A stretch of 60,713 bases of DNA from Patescibacteria group bacterium. GTDB taxonomy: Bacteria; Patescibacteriota; Patescibacteriia; Buchananbacterales; UBA6539. Shown in pieces: positions 1-8,226 of this stretch. The DNA lies in assembly GCA_041649675.1 (NCBI GenBank), contig JBAZMQ010000009.1:1-60713 (forward strand). The letters run 5' to 3'. Positions within the stretch are counted from its first letter, which is position 1; every line of letters begins with the position of its first letter. The notes under the pieces were generated by a model. It searched no databases and was not told where the DNA came from. It saw nothing but the letters and a program-made list of their open reading frames with translations. The translations under genes were made by a program, and so were the position numbers.

Positions 1-246
1 ACAAGGCCAAAGGCTTGTTCAGAACCGCTGCTAATGGCGGTGGCCGCTAATGAAGCAATCATCCAGGCTTGGCACGAATTTTCCTGGCCGAGCAAGGCCG
101 AACTGTTCACCCATCTCGCGGTGGCTGGCAAATTTAGCCACTTGGTCAGCAACCTTATTGCCTCAGGGCAGTCCGCCCATATTCGGTACGGCAGGTTGCC
201 CGCCGAGAACGACAATGAAATTTTCGTCATGGCCATCAGCCGGTAA
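1..246 (+). CDS. 3' end of an unknown ORF that enters from upstream of the window
   Basis: Frame 1 is open from nt 1 to TAA at 244-246. It is much GC-richer than its neighbours (hand count 35/60 G+C in line 61-120). A hairpin terminator follows. No family recognised. Confidence 0.4.
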   Translation, partial: TRPKACSEPLLMAVAANEAIIQAWHEFSWPSKAELFTHLAVAGKFSHLVSNLIASGQSAHIRYGRLPAENDNEIFVMAISR

Positions 247-272
247 AAAACTGGCAAAGGCACAAAACCAAC

Positions 273-310
273 GACCCGTTAAGCCTAAAGCTTTCCGGGT
301 CATCTTTTTT
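273..310. terminator. Hairpin terminator between convergent genes
   Basis: GACCCG (273-278) pairs with CGGGTC (296-301), followed by ATCTTTTTT. It lies between the + ORF ending at 246 and the pyrG stop at 386. Confidence 0.55.
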
Positions 311-385
311 ATTATTTTCTTATTTTCTTTTCTACCTGCCTCCAAACCTCTTATTTCTGTTCTCTGTTTTCTGTTCTCTGTTTTC

Positions 386-2011
386 TTATTTCTTATTCTT
401 CACCGCCGCTGTCACCAAGGCTTTAAATAACGGATGAGGATTCAATGGTCGCGACTTCAGCTCGGGATGAAATTGAGTGCCGACAAAAAACGGATGATTA
501 CTAACCTCAACAATTTCCACCAGTTTTTTATCCGGTGAAAGCCCGGCTAAAACAAAACCTTTCTTAGTCAAGCGCTCGCGGTAATCATTATTGAACTCAT
601 AGCGATGGCGATGGCGCTCGCTGATCCTAGTTGTGCCGTAAGCTTTGGCACTAATTGAATTCTTGGTCAAAACGCAGGGGTAAGCGCCCAACCGCATGGT
701 ATTACCATATTGTTTTTTTGCTAACTTTTCGGCCTGGTCGGGCATAATATGAATTACTGGATATTTAGTCTTAGGATCAATTTCGGTCGTATTAGCACCT
801 TCCATTCGGCAGACATGGCGGGCAAACTCAATTGTGGCTAGCTGCATGCCATAGCATAAACCCAAAAACGGCAATTTGTTTTCTCTTGCATATTTAATCG
901 CCAAAATCTTGCCTTCAATCCCCCTTTTGCCAAAACCACCAGGCACAACAATACCATCATAGTTTTTTAATTCTTTAACTAACGAAGCATCTTTTTCGTA
1001 AGCATCGGAATTAATCCAATCAATTTCGACTTTGACCCGATTAATCCAAGCGGCATGCTTCAAAGCTTCAATCACTGAAATATAAGCATCCGGCAAAATA
1101 AAATCTCCAGTGGCAAAATATTTACCGACAATGCCAATTTTAACAGTCTTTTTGACTTTCTTAATTGCGGCCACCATTCTTTGCCACTGACGCAAATCTT
1201 TACTTTTTGCTTTAAGTTTTAATTTCTTGATAATTTTATCACTCAATCTTTCTTTTTCTAAAATCAAAGGGATTTCATAAATTGAACCAACGTCCGGATT
1301 GGAAATTACATTTTCCTTGACCACATTGCAAAAAGTGGAAAGTTTCTTGCGACGCGGCTCATCAATTTGTTTAATTGAACGGCAAATTATAAAATCCGGT
1401 TGAATACCGGCAGCATTAACTTGCTGGACCGCATATTGAGTCGGTTTAGTTTTCATCTCCCCTAAAGTGCTGGGGACTGGCAAATAACTGACTAAAACAA
1501 AAGCCACATCGTCAGGATGTTCAAAATGCATCAACCGAGCCGCTTCTAGAAATAAAATGTTTTGGTATTCACCAACTGTGCCACCAACTTCAATAATGGT
1601 AATATCCGCTTTAGCTTTACTCGCGGCTTTCTTAATCCGCCTAATCACTTCTTCGGGAATATGAGGCACAACTTCAACGCACTTACCGCCATATTCCAAA
1701 TTTCTTTCACGACAAATTACTGACTGGTAAACCCGGCCGGTGGTCATGTAATTATCCCGCAAAATATCAACATTCAAAAATCTTTCATAGTTACCAACAT
1801 CCTGGTCAGTTTCATCACCGTCTTCAGTAACAAAAACTTCACCGTGCTCAGTCGGATTCATCGTACCAGCGTCAACATTGACATAAGGATCAATTTTAAT
1901 GGCAGTCACTTTATAGCCCCGAGATTGCAAAATTTTTCCAATTGAAGCGGAAGTTACGCCCTTACCCACTCCGGACATTACTCCGCCCATTACGAAGATA
2001 AATTTAGACAT
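386..2011 (-). CDS. pyrG: CTP synthase
   Basis: 541 aa. N-terminal synthetase motif MSKFIFVMGGVMSGVGKG and a C-terminal glutamine amidotransferase part (GLCYGMQ, HRHRYEFN). Confidence 0.95.
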   Translation of the reverse strand: MSKFIFVMGGVMSGVGKGVTSASIGKILQSRGYKVTAIKIDPYVNVDAGTMNPTEHGEVFVTEDGDETDQDVGNYERFLNVDILRDNYMTTGRVYQSVICRERNLEYGGKCVEVVPHIPEEVIRRIKKAASKAKADITIIEVGGTVGEYQNILFLEAARLMHFEHPDDVAFVLVSYLPVPSTLGEMKTKPTQYAVQQVNAAGIQPDFIICRSIKQIDEPRRKKLSTFCNVVKENVISNPDVGSIYEIPLILEKERLSDKIIKKLKLKAKSKDLRQWQRMVAAIKKVKKTVKIGIVGKYFATGDFILPDAYISVIEALKHAAWINRVKVEIDWINSDAYEKDASLVKELKNYDGIVVPGGFGKRGIEGKILAIKYARENKLPFLGLCYGMQLATIEFARHVCRMEGANTTEIDPKTKYPVIHIMPDQAEKLAKKQYGNTMRLGAYPCVLTKNSISAKAYGTTRISERHRHRYEFNNDYRERLTKKGFVLAGLSPDKKLVEIVEVSNHPFFVGTQFHPELKSRPLNPHPLFKALVTAAVKNKK

Positions 2012-2017
2012 ATTTTC

Positions 2018-2091
2018 GAATTATGAATTATGAATTATGGCTCCTAAAACAAATTCAGGATGACTTTGCCCTAATTCCTAATTCCTAATTC
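2018..2091. repeat. Hairpin built from tandem heptamers: (GAATTAT)x3 facing (CCTAATT)x3
   Basis: GAATTAT x3 at 2018-2038 and CCTAATT x3 at 2070-2090 are reverse-complementary at 6 of 7 positions per unit. Located in the pyrG-rplI intergenic region. Confidence 0.7.
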
Positions 2092-2103
2092 ATTATTCCT
2101 ATT

Positions 2104-2133
2104 TAAAGCGACAAACCCACCTTAGCGGTGGGT
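2104..2133 (-). terminator. Intrinsic terminator after rplI
   Basis: CCCACC (2116-2121) pairs with GGTGGG (2127-2132). On the minus strand it is followed by TTTGTCGCTTT. Confidence 0.5.
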
Positions 2134-2171
2134 CATTATCTTATGATTATAAATTGTAATTAATGCGGGCA

Positions 2172-2630
2172 TCACTTTTTCTCTGGATTAATAATCAAAG
2201 TGATTCTGGCTTCCAAGCCATGATCTAAGCTGATTAAAACTTCATGTTCACCAACTTCTTTAATATGGCTGGCTGAAATTTGATTTTTATCAACATTAAA
2301 ACCTTTTTCTTTCATCGCAGCAGCGATTTTAGCCGCCGAGACGGCAGCATACAAAGTGCCTTCATCACTGGCTTTGGCCGAAATTTCTATTACCTGACCT
2401 TCCAATTTTTGGACCAATTGCTCCATGTTCTTTAAATCGGTTTCTGCTTCTTTGGCTCTTTTTTCTTTATTTGCTTCCCATTCGGCTAAAGATTGTTTAG
2501 TGGCTTCAATCACCAAACAGTTAGGCATCAAAAAATTCCGAGCATAACCCATGGCTACCTCTTTAACGTCACCAATTTTACCTAAATTTGGTACATCTTT
2601 GACTAAAATTACTTTCACATTTTTCTTCAT
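2172..2630 (-). CDS. rplI: 50S ribosomal protein L9
   Basis: 152 aa. MKKNVKVILVKDVPNLGKIGDVKEV..GYARNFLMP is the typical L9 N-terminus, followed by a long helical linker. Confidence 0.9.
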   Translation of the reverse strand: MKKNVKVILVKDVPNLGKIGDVKEVAMGYARNFLMPNCLVIEATKQSLAEWEANKEKRAKEAETDLKNMEQLVQKLEGQVIEISAKASDEGTLYAAVSAAKIAAAMKEKGFNVDKNQISASHIKEVGEHEVLISLDHGLEARITLIINPEKK

Positions 2631-2638
2631 AATTTAAT

Positions 2639-2914
2639 TCAATCTCTTATTACAAAACCAGAAAACTCGCTAGTCGCTTGCGACCAGTTTTGTTCAATCT
2701 TAGAGATCATTGCTGATCCAACCCCATTATAGCACCAGTTTATAAAATTTTGCAAGTCTGCCTGTTCACCCTCGGCCACCAACTCAATATTACCATCACT
2801 TAAGTTCTTCACGTAGCCACTAAAGCCCCTAATCTTAGCCTCTTTTTGACTAGAATAACGGTAACCAATCCCCTGGACCAAACCATAAATTTTTAATGCC
2901 ACTCGCTTTTTCAT
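2639..2914 (-). CDS. acyP: Acylphosphatase
   Basis: 91 aa. V.G.VQGVGFR-type motif (IYGLVQGIGYRYS) and GYVKNLSDGNIELVAEG. The start codon directly abuts the stop of the upstream ATP-grasp gene. Confidence 0.85.
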   Translation of the reverse strand: MKKRVALKIYGLVQGIGYRYSSQKEAKIRGFSGYVKNLSDGNIELVAEGEQADLQNFINWCYNGVGSAMISKIEQNWSQATSEFSGFVIRD

Positions 2915-3859
2915 TTACAAAGTTGTAATTGGTCTTGACTGAGTAATATAAAATTTCCCTTTGGCTAAAGCCCATTCAATATCTTGAGGTTTTTTATAAT
3001 GTTTTTCTATTTGCAAACAAATTTTAGCCAACTGATTAATTTGCCAGCCGCTTAATTTCTGCTTACTTGACTGGTTGCTACTAATTAATTTCCAGGTATT
3101 ACCGCTCTCACCTTTTCTCACCAACATTTTTTCTTGCTTGGCAATATTTACGTCCTCTAAACCAAGATTGCTTTTGTTAATAATATAGCTATCGGGCGTA
3201 ATTTGACCCGAAACGATTGCTTCGCCCAAGCCAAATCCCGCCTCAATGATCATTTGGTTTTTGTTTTTAGTCACCGGATGAACCGTAAAAGCAATGCCGG
3301 AAACTTGGGACTCAACCATTTTTTGAATTACCACGGCGACTGAAACTTTGGAATTGCGCATCCCTTTTTCAAAACGATAAAAAATTGCCCGCGGCGTAAA
3401 AAGCGATGACCAGCATTGTTTAACTTTTCCCAACAAATTCTTTTCCGTAGTATTTAAATAAGTTTCCAGCTCACCGGCCCAACTAGCTTGACTGGAATCT
3501 TCGGCGGTGGCCGAGGAACGCACAGCGACAAATTTGGAATTCAAAGCTTTGAAGGCCGCTAAAACTTCTTGCTGCAAATCTTTTGGCATTTTGGCATCGT
3601 GGATTAAATCACGAATTGTATTTGAAGCTTTATCCACGGCATTGATATTTTTATAATTTATTTTATTAAGCTGAGTTTCGACTTCAACATTCAAATCAGT
3701 TTCAGCCAAAAACCGCTCAAAGGCAGTAGCCAAAACCACAAAGCCCGGCGGGACCGGAATTTTGTTTTGCGTCATTTCGCCCAGCGAAGCACCCTTGCCA
3801 CCGGCAATTTTTACGTCACCTTTGCTAATTTGTAAAAAATTTAAAATAAATTTTGCCAT
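2915..3859 (-). CDS. Stand-alone PEP synthase/PPDK N-terminal ATP-grasp (nucleotide-binding) domain protein
   Basis: GDVKIAGGKGASLGEM..IPVPPGFVV and the rest match the PPDK_N layout. No swivel or PEP-binding domain is attached. The ATG at 3859 (MAKFILNF) is preferred over the listed 3931 start, which reads through hairpin repeats. Confidence 0.8.
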   Translation of the reverse strand: MAKFILNFLQISKGDVKIAGGKGASLGEMTQNKIPVPPGFVVLATAFERFLAETDLNVEVETQLNKINYKNINAVDKASNTIRDLIHDAKMPKDLQQEVLAAFKALNSKFVAVRSSATAEDSSQASWAGELETYLNTTEKNLLGKVKQCWSSLFTPRAIFYRFEKGMRNSKVSVAVVIQKMVESQVSGIAFTVHPVTKNKNQMIIEAGFGLGEAIVSGQITPDSYIINKSNLGLEDVNIAKQEKMLVRKGESGNTWKLISSNQSSKQKLSGWQINQLAKICLQIEKHYKKPQDIEWALAKGKFYITQSRPITTL

Positions 3860-3872
3860 AAATTTACAGCCA

Positions 3873-3926
3873 CCTCTCCGAAAACGGAGAGGTCGTCCCG
3901 ACTTTACGTCGGGACGGGTGAGGCAA
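3873..3926. repeat. REP-like GC-rich double hairpin plus 10-nt inverted-repeat arm
   Basis: CCTCTCCG/CGGAGAGG (3873-3892), CGTCCCGAC/GTCGGGACG (3895-3916), and GGTGAGGCAA (3917-3926), which is the exact reverse complement of 4275-4284. Confidence 0.7.
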
Positions 3927-3937
3927 CTCACGTTAAT

Positions 3938-4268
3938 TTATAAAAAAAGTAATATTTTCTCAATTACCCCTTCTAAATTTTGGTCAATTTCATTATTCCA
4001 AAACCTAACGACTTTATAGCCTTTATTTTCCAAATATTTTTGTCTTTCTTGGTCTTTAACTATATTTACCTCTTCATTGTGATGACTGCCATCAAGTTCA
4101 ATAACTATTTTATTCTTAAATACAACAAAAATCAACAATGTATTTATCAATTTTATATTGTCGCCTGAATTTCAAATCAGCAATGTTTCTATTTTTCAAT
4201 ACACTCCATAATTTTGCTTCCCAGGGAGTTTGGTTTCTTCTTAAAATAGTAGTAAGATGGATTCCCAT
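3938..4268 (-). pseudogene. DUF559-type endonuclease gene split by a 1-nt frameshift
   Basis: The ATG at 4268 gives MGIHLTTILRRNQTPWEAKLWSVLKNRNIADLKFRRQYKIDKYIVDFCCI*. A frame change near 4119-4135 (A5/T5 run at 4127-4131) joins it to FKNKIVIELDGSHHNEE...YKVVRFWNNEI (ORF 3938-4150). Together they give the usual DUF559 layout. Confidence 0.65.
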
Positions 4269-4274
4269 ATTTTA

Positions 4275-4309
4275 TTGCCTCACCTTACCCTTTCCCTCTC
4301 GGAAGAGGG
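4275..4309. repeat. REP-like element partnering 3873-3926
   Basis: TTGCCTCACC (4275-4284), then the CCCTC..GAGGG hairpin (4294-4309). Same CCTCACC..CCTCTC-loop-GAGAGG architecture as 3873-3926 (opposite strand) and 32993-33044. Confidence 0.6.
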
Positions 4310-4336
4310 TGCTTAATAAAATCTTAAAAAATATCC

Positions 4337-5758
4337 CTAGTAGCCTTGGGGTTTACCGTTTTTAATTAGAAAAAACTGGCTGCCGTCTTTTCGGTGACAT
4401 TCAACACTAATATCATTCATTAAAATCATATCGCAATGAACTTTGGCCGAATTATAGCTTGGATGTTTTTTAGACACACCCAGCGATCCGTTGCTACCAA
4501 AAGCAATATGAATGGTAGCGTATATTTTTTCCCCTTCGCTTGAACCAATATCTTTGTCATCCTTGCCTTCACAGGCAAAAGGATTTGAACCCACTCCCAA
4601 CTCAGCTAAACGGTAAGCGTCATTTTTAGCATTATTGCCGCCATTCAAATAAGCTTTGACCGATTCGGCTAAGGGATTACCGGAATCTTGGTCAATGCTT
4701 TGACCATTAATTTCAATAATTTCGCCCTCTCTGATAGTCAGCTTAAGCGGACCGTTAGCTTTTACCTGGTCTAACATATGCTCGCCGCCAATCGGCCCAT
4801 CGACTACCAATATTCCGTTACTGCCTTTCCAGTCCAGTGAACAAGCCCATTCACCAATCGGATAGTTGCCTAAAGAGCCGGGTTTAGAAAAATCTTCACT
4901 TTCATAACCTTTAGTTTCTTCAATCAATGATAGCCACAAATCAGTACCCTGAGCGGAAGTAATGTGAACTTTCTCTACATCTTTCATTAATTCATTAATC
5001 CGATTATCTCGCTCTAAAATTTCAGCCACTGGCGCTTCAACCGCTCCTTTAGTCAAAATATCATGAGGATTTTTTCCTTTGGTAATTGAAATTAGTCGGC
5101 AGGCATTCTTCCTGGCAAACTGCCTTAACTTTTCGTACTGTTCATCAGTCAACTGGTCTTCTAAAGCCATTAAGTGACCGTGCCCTTTAGCAGTTTTTAG
5201 TGCCGTATCTAAAATTTCGCGATCAGCTAAACCACGAATAGCCGCTCCGGTTTCTTTTGAATGAGAGCGCGACATTGAAGTAATAATCAAAATTGGCGAA
5301 CCGCGCAAACTTTCCATTTCGCCTAAAACATAATCACCCATATCTTGAGCTGACCTTGTGGTTTCGGACAAAACTCGAATCCTAAAATTACCCTTCGCTT
5401 TAGGTTGGCTGGTTCTGGTTTCTAGATCGGCCTGAATAGCGGCAATTAATTCTGGCTGGGCTTCAATTACACCGGTATCGGTAATTACCATCATGGTTTC
5501 GGAATTAGGATCAAAACCAAAAGAATCAATGACATTTTTAGCCACTACTTGCATCTGCTCTCTTTTTTTCAATGACTCCATATTTTCTGGCGGCGGATTA
5601 ACGCTTTCCATTACTGGTTCATCTTTTTGCACTCCCATTTCGGCTAAACTTTGATGGAGTTTTTCAACCTCACTGGAAACGTCATCGCTTGGATTATAAC
5701 CAGCCCTAGTTACTTCTTCAGGTGAATTATGACCAAAAAAATCTGCAAATTTACCCAT
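4337..5758 (-). CDS. M29 (aminopeptidase T/AmpS)-like metallopeptidase with a long N-terminal extension
   Basis: NYPIGEW, LAELGVGSNP, EGEKIYATIHIAFG and NSAKVHCDMIL line up with the conserved M29 motifs. Confidence 0.6.
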   Translation of the reverse strand: MGKFADFFGHNSPEEVTRAGYNPSDDVSSEVEKLHQSLAEMGVQKDEPVMESVNPPPENMESLKKREQMQVVAKNVIDSFGFDPNSETMMVITDTGVIEAQPELIAAIQADLETRTSQPKAKGNFRIRVLSETTRSAQDMGDYVLGEMESLRGSPILIITSMSRSHSKETGAAIRGLADREILDTALKTAKGHGHLMALEDQLTDEQYEKLRQFARKNACRLISITKGKNPHDILTKGAVEAPVAEILERDNRINELMKDVEKVHITSAQGTDLWLSLIEETKGYESEDFSKPGSLGNYPIGEWACSLDWKGSNGILVVDGPIGGEHMLDQVKANGPLKLTIREGEIIEINGQSIDQDSGNPLAESVKAYLNGGNNAKNDAYRLAELGVGSNPFACEGKDDKDIGSSEGEKIYATIHIAFGSNGSLGVSKKHPSYNSAKVHCDMILMNDISVECHRKDGSQFFLIKNGKPQGY

Positions 5759-5779
5759 ATGATTAAATTTAATATTTAA

Positions 5780-6616
5780 TTAAAGTTTCCCTCGGTTAAT
5801 CCAAGCAACGGAAAATATTACTGGCCAAAGCCAATCCTTATTGTTCTTGGGCGTGTTATTCCAATAAACTCCTTGATTCAAATAGGCCAAACCAACCCAG
5901 CGCCAGCCGCCTAAATAGGTTAATCCTTTCATCCAAGTATTACCAATCATACCAATGGCAGGACAAATTAAAGTCCGGCCTTCCCAAACGGCTTTTTCAT
6001 ATTCAATATAGTATTCTTTGACATCATAGCCTTTCTCCTTTAATTCCTTAGCCACGGTTTCGCAGCGCTCAGCAATTTCTTCCAATAAACCAAACTCCCC
6101 AACCCGACCAGTGGGCCGCCGGGTGCTAGTAATGGCAATCGTTGGCTTAATGCCTAAATTGCTTTCCAGCCACTGGATTGTCTGCCAAATTTCGGATCGC
6201 TTGGTTTCTAAAGTTAGGCTGGAATAGTTTGAACAGCTAGTAGTGACAAACCACTGGCCATCCTTGGCTAAAAAACAAACCGGAATTTTTTCTTTATCTT
6301 CTGGCCGGTTATAAGCTTGCAAAAAAAGTTTATGGGTCTCTGAGTCTTTAAGTTGGCCGCGAATTACACCTTCAACTTTTTCAGACTTTAGCAAGTCAAC
6401 AATTATTTTGCTAGCCTCGGTTTCATTTTTAGTTTCAATACAATTTAAGCCATCAATTTTACAACCAACCACAATTAAATCGGCATAATCAACCGCTTGC
6501 TTTAAACTGCTGACTACTTCGGGGCTGGGATCAACAATACCAATGGCTAATTTACGGCACTTTTGTTTTGCTTCGCTTAAAAATCTTTTTTCAATTTCAC
6601 TCAATTTATAATCCAT
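5780..6616 (-). CDS. PTA_PTB (phosphate acetyl/butyryl-transferase)-like protein, paralog 1
   Basis: 278 aa and colinear with the neighbouring paralog. LICPAIGMIGNTWMKGLTYLGGW resembles the ..LI.PD.E.GNI.YK......GG motif of the family. Confidence 0.45.
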   Translation of the reverse strand: MDYKLSEIEKRFLSEAKQKCRKLAIGIVDPSPEVVSSLKQAVDYADLIVVGCKIDGLNCIETKNETEASKIIVDLLKSEKVEGVIRGQLKDSETHKLFLQAYNRPEDKEKIPVCFLAKDGQWFVTTSCSNYSSLTLETKRSEIWQTIQWLESNLGIKPTIAITSTRRPTGRVGEFGLLEEIAERCETVAKELKEKGYDVKEYYIEYEKAVWEGRTLICPAIGMIGNTWMKGLTYLGGWRWVGLAYLNQGVYWNNTPKNNKDWLWPVIFSVAWINRGKL

Positions 6617-6618
6617 AA

Positions 6619-7446
6619 TTATTTTTTGCTATTGCATAAAGCTACGGCGTGAATTATATGCCAAAAAAAATCTTTTTCATTACGCGTACCATCTTCATAA
6701 ACAATATCACCAACATTTAACTGATTACAGGCTAAAAATTCCCAACCACCGAGATAAAGCAATGACTTTATCCAGGAATTACCAACAGTCCCAATTGATG
6801 GCACAATTAAATTACAGCCTGCCCAAACCGCCGTTTCATATTCCATATAGTATTCCTTGGCGTCATAACCCTTGCTGATCAAATATTCATAAAATTTAGT
6901 GCATTGTTCGGTGATACTATCTAACAACTCAAATTTTCCTCTTTTGCTTGTTGGCCGCAGAATTCCCATTACGGCAATTTTTGGCTCCATACCAAATTTA
7001 TTTTTCATGTGCTCTATGGTATGTTCAACTTCGTAGATTTTATCTTCCAAAGTCATACCTTGATAAACCGAACAAGTTGTAACAAAAAAAGAATAATCCC
7101 CTTTTTTCATAATCGCTGTAAAAAGTTTGCGGTTACTGGGGATCGGTTCCATGTTAAACTCCCGATAAAATACATCTAGGGTTGTTGAGTCTTTTACCTG
7201 CCCGCGGACAATGCCTTCAACTTTTTTATCTTTTAACAACTTGATTAAAACTTCGCTGGCCTGATCTTGATCTGGCTCAACCAGATTTTCAAAACCGTCA
7301 ATCTGAGCGCCGACAACGACAATATCGGCGTATTTAGAGGCTTTCTTTAGACTAGCAATTGTTTCGGGAATCGGCCGCATAATAGCAATGGCAATTTTTC
7401 TTTTTTTGGTTTTAGCTTGGTCTAAAAATAGTTTGGCAAAATCCAT
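6619..7446 (-). CDS. PTA_PTB-like protein, paralog 2
   Basis: 275 aa. KIAIAIMRP.., EGIVRGQVKDS and NLIVPSIGTVGNSWIKSLLYLGGW. Tandem duplicate of 5780-6616. Confidence 0.45.
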   Translation of the reverse strand: MDFAKLFLDQAKTKKRKIAIAIMRPIPETIASLKKASKYADIVVVGAQIDGFENLVEPDQDQASEVLIKLLKDKKVEGIVRGQVKDSTTLDVFYREFNMEPIPSNRKLFTAIMKKGDYSFFVTTCSVYQGMTLEDKIYEVEHTIEHMKNKFGMEPKIAVMGILRPTSKRGKFELLDSITEQCTKFYEYLISKGYDAKEYYMEYETAVWAGCNLIVPSIGTVGNSWIKSLLYLGGWEFLACNQLNVGDIVYEDGTRNEKDFFWHIIHAVALCNSKK

Positions 7447-7452
7447 AAATTT

Positions 7453-8226
7453 TTAATCATTAAAAATAAAAATTGGTTCTTGATAATGACGAATTTTATT
7501 TTCCTCAAACCTCTTGGCAATCAATTTTTTTAGTTCTAAATTCTTTTGCCCTAATGATTTTTTATTTTTTAAAATTTCTAAGGGTATGTCAATTCTCAAG
7601 GCGCGACCGCTGATTACGTGCCGCGTAATTCCCGAAGGAATTTTTAGATTTTTTTGAGCGACTAAAATAATATCCTTAGGTTTGAATTTAGGGAAAATAA
7701 TCAAAGTTTTGTTTCTACTAACAACGGAAAGGTTATTTTCATTATCAAAACGGTAAAATTTATATTTGTTTTTATAAATAGCGGCAATTTTATTCAAAGA
7801 CTGAACTTGCTCAAAAAAATTTTTGGTTTTTATCGGTAAGCAAATTATCTTATTGCCCTGCAACTTAAAATTGGCCCTTGCCGATTTAAGTAAGGCCTTA
7901 CTAATTTTTGCAAAAAAACTTTTAACGGGTAAACCAACGACTAAATGATTCCAAGTCTTTAATTCCAAGCCAGGCTGGGAATAATTTACAACTTGGACCA
8001 AAATATCTTTGTAACCTAAACTTTTAAAAACCGTTGTCCGGTTAGCCCCGTCCAAAACTACAAATTTATTTGACTTACCAATTGGCGCCACTAACGGCGG
8101 ATTGGTAAAAATCCGATCCTGTTTAATCTTTGCCATCAATCGTTTAACCCTCAAGGGATCAACGTCTTCGTGCAAAACCAAACTGTTCAAACTAACAATT
8201 TTTAGATTTGGTAAATTATTACTCAT
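7453..8226 (-). CDS. ParB/sulfiredoxin-fold domain protein
   Basis: LVLHEDVDPLRVKRLMAKIKQDRIFTNPPLV....FVVLDGANRTTVFKSLG follows the HE...DG..R layout of ParB-like N-terminal domains, including the SerK/SbnI-type kinases. DGANR replaces the usual DGHHR. Confidence 0.45.
   Translation of the reverse strand: MSNNLPNLKIVSLNSLVLHEDVDPLRVKRLMAKIKQDRIFTNPPLVAPIGKSNKFVVLDGANRTTVFKSLGYKDILVQVVNYSQPGLELKTWNHLVVGLPVKSFFAKISKALLKSARANFKLQGNKIICLPIKTKNFFEQVQSLNKIAAIYKNKYKFYRFDNENNLSVVSRNKTLIIFPKFKPKDIILVAQKNLKIPSGITRHVISGRALRIDIPLEILKNKKSLGQKNLELKKLIAKRFEENKIRHYQEPIFIFND

Noticed and set aside
340-385. Similarity of CTTATTTCTGTTCTCTGTT... to the reverse complement of 39190-39225 inside the VanZ-like gene
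   Set aside because: This is a low-complexity match of about 20 nt. At 39.2 kb it simply encodes a hydrophobic helix (HLFLISVLCSL), so it is most likely chance.
50-430. 126-aa plus-strand ORF and the 163-345 minus-strand ORF over the pyrG 3' flank
   Set aside because: They read through a terminator hairpin and a pyrimidine-rich low-complexity tract, and they overlap better-supported genes.
2018-2091. Could the short tandem repeats (also at 21.4, 23.3 and 33.0 kb) be CRISPR arrays?
   Set aside because: The units are 7-11 nt, contiguous or arranged as inverted arms. There are no 25-40 nt repeats alternating with unique spacers, and no cas genes.
3860-3931. N-terminal extensions of listed ORFs (2915-3931, 17263-18657, 25188-25637, 27322-27708, 39069-39494, 53263-54096, 36328/36977 starts)
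   Set aside because: The extensions read through hairpin repeats or overlap the upstream gene. Internal ATGs restore typical family N-termini and tight gene packing.
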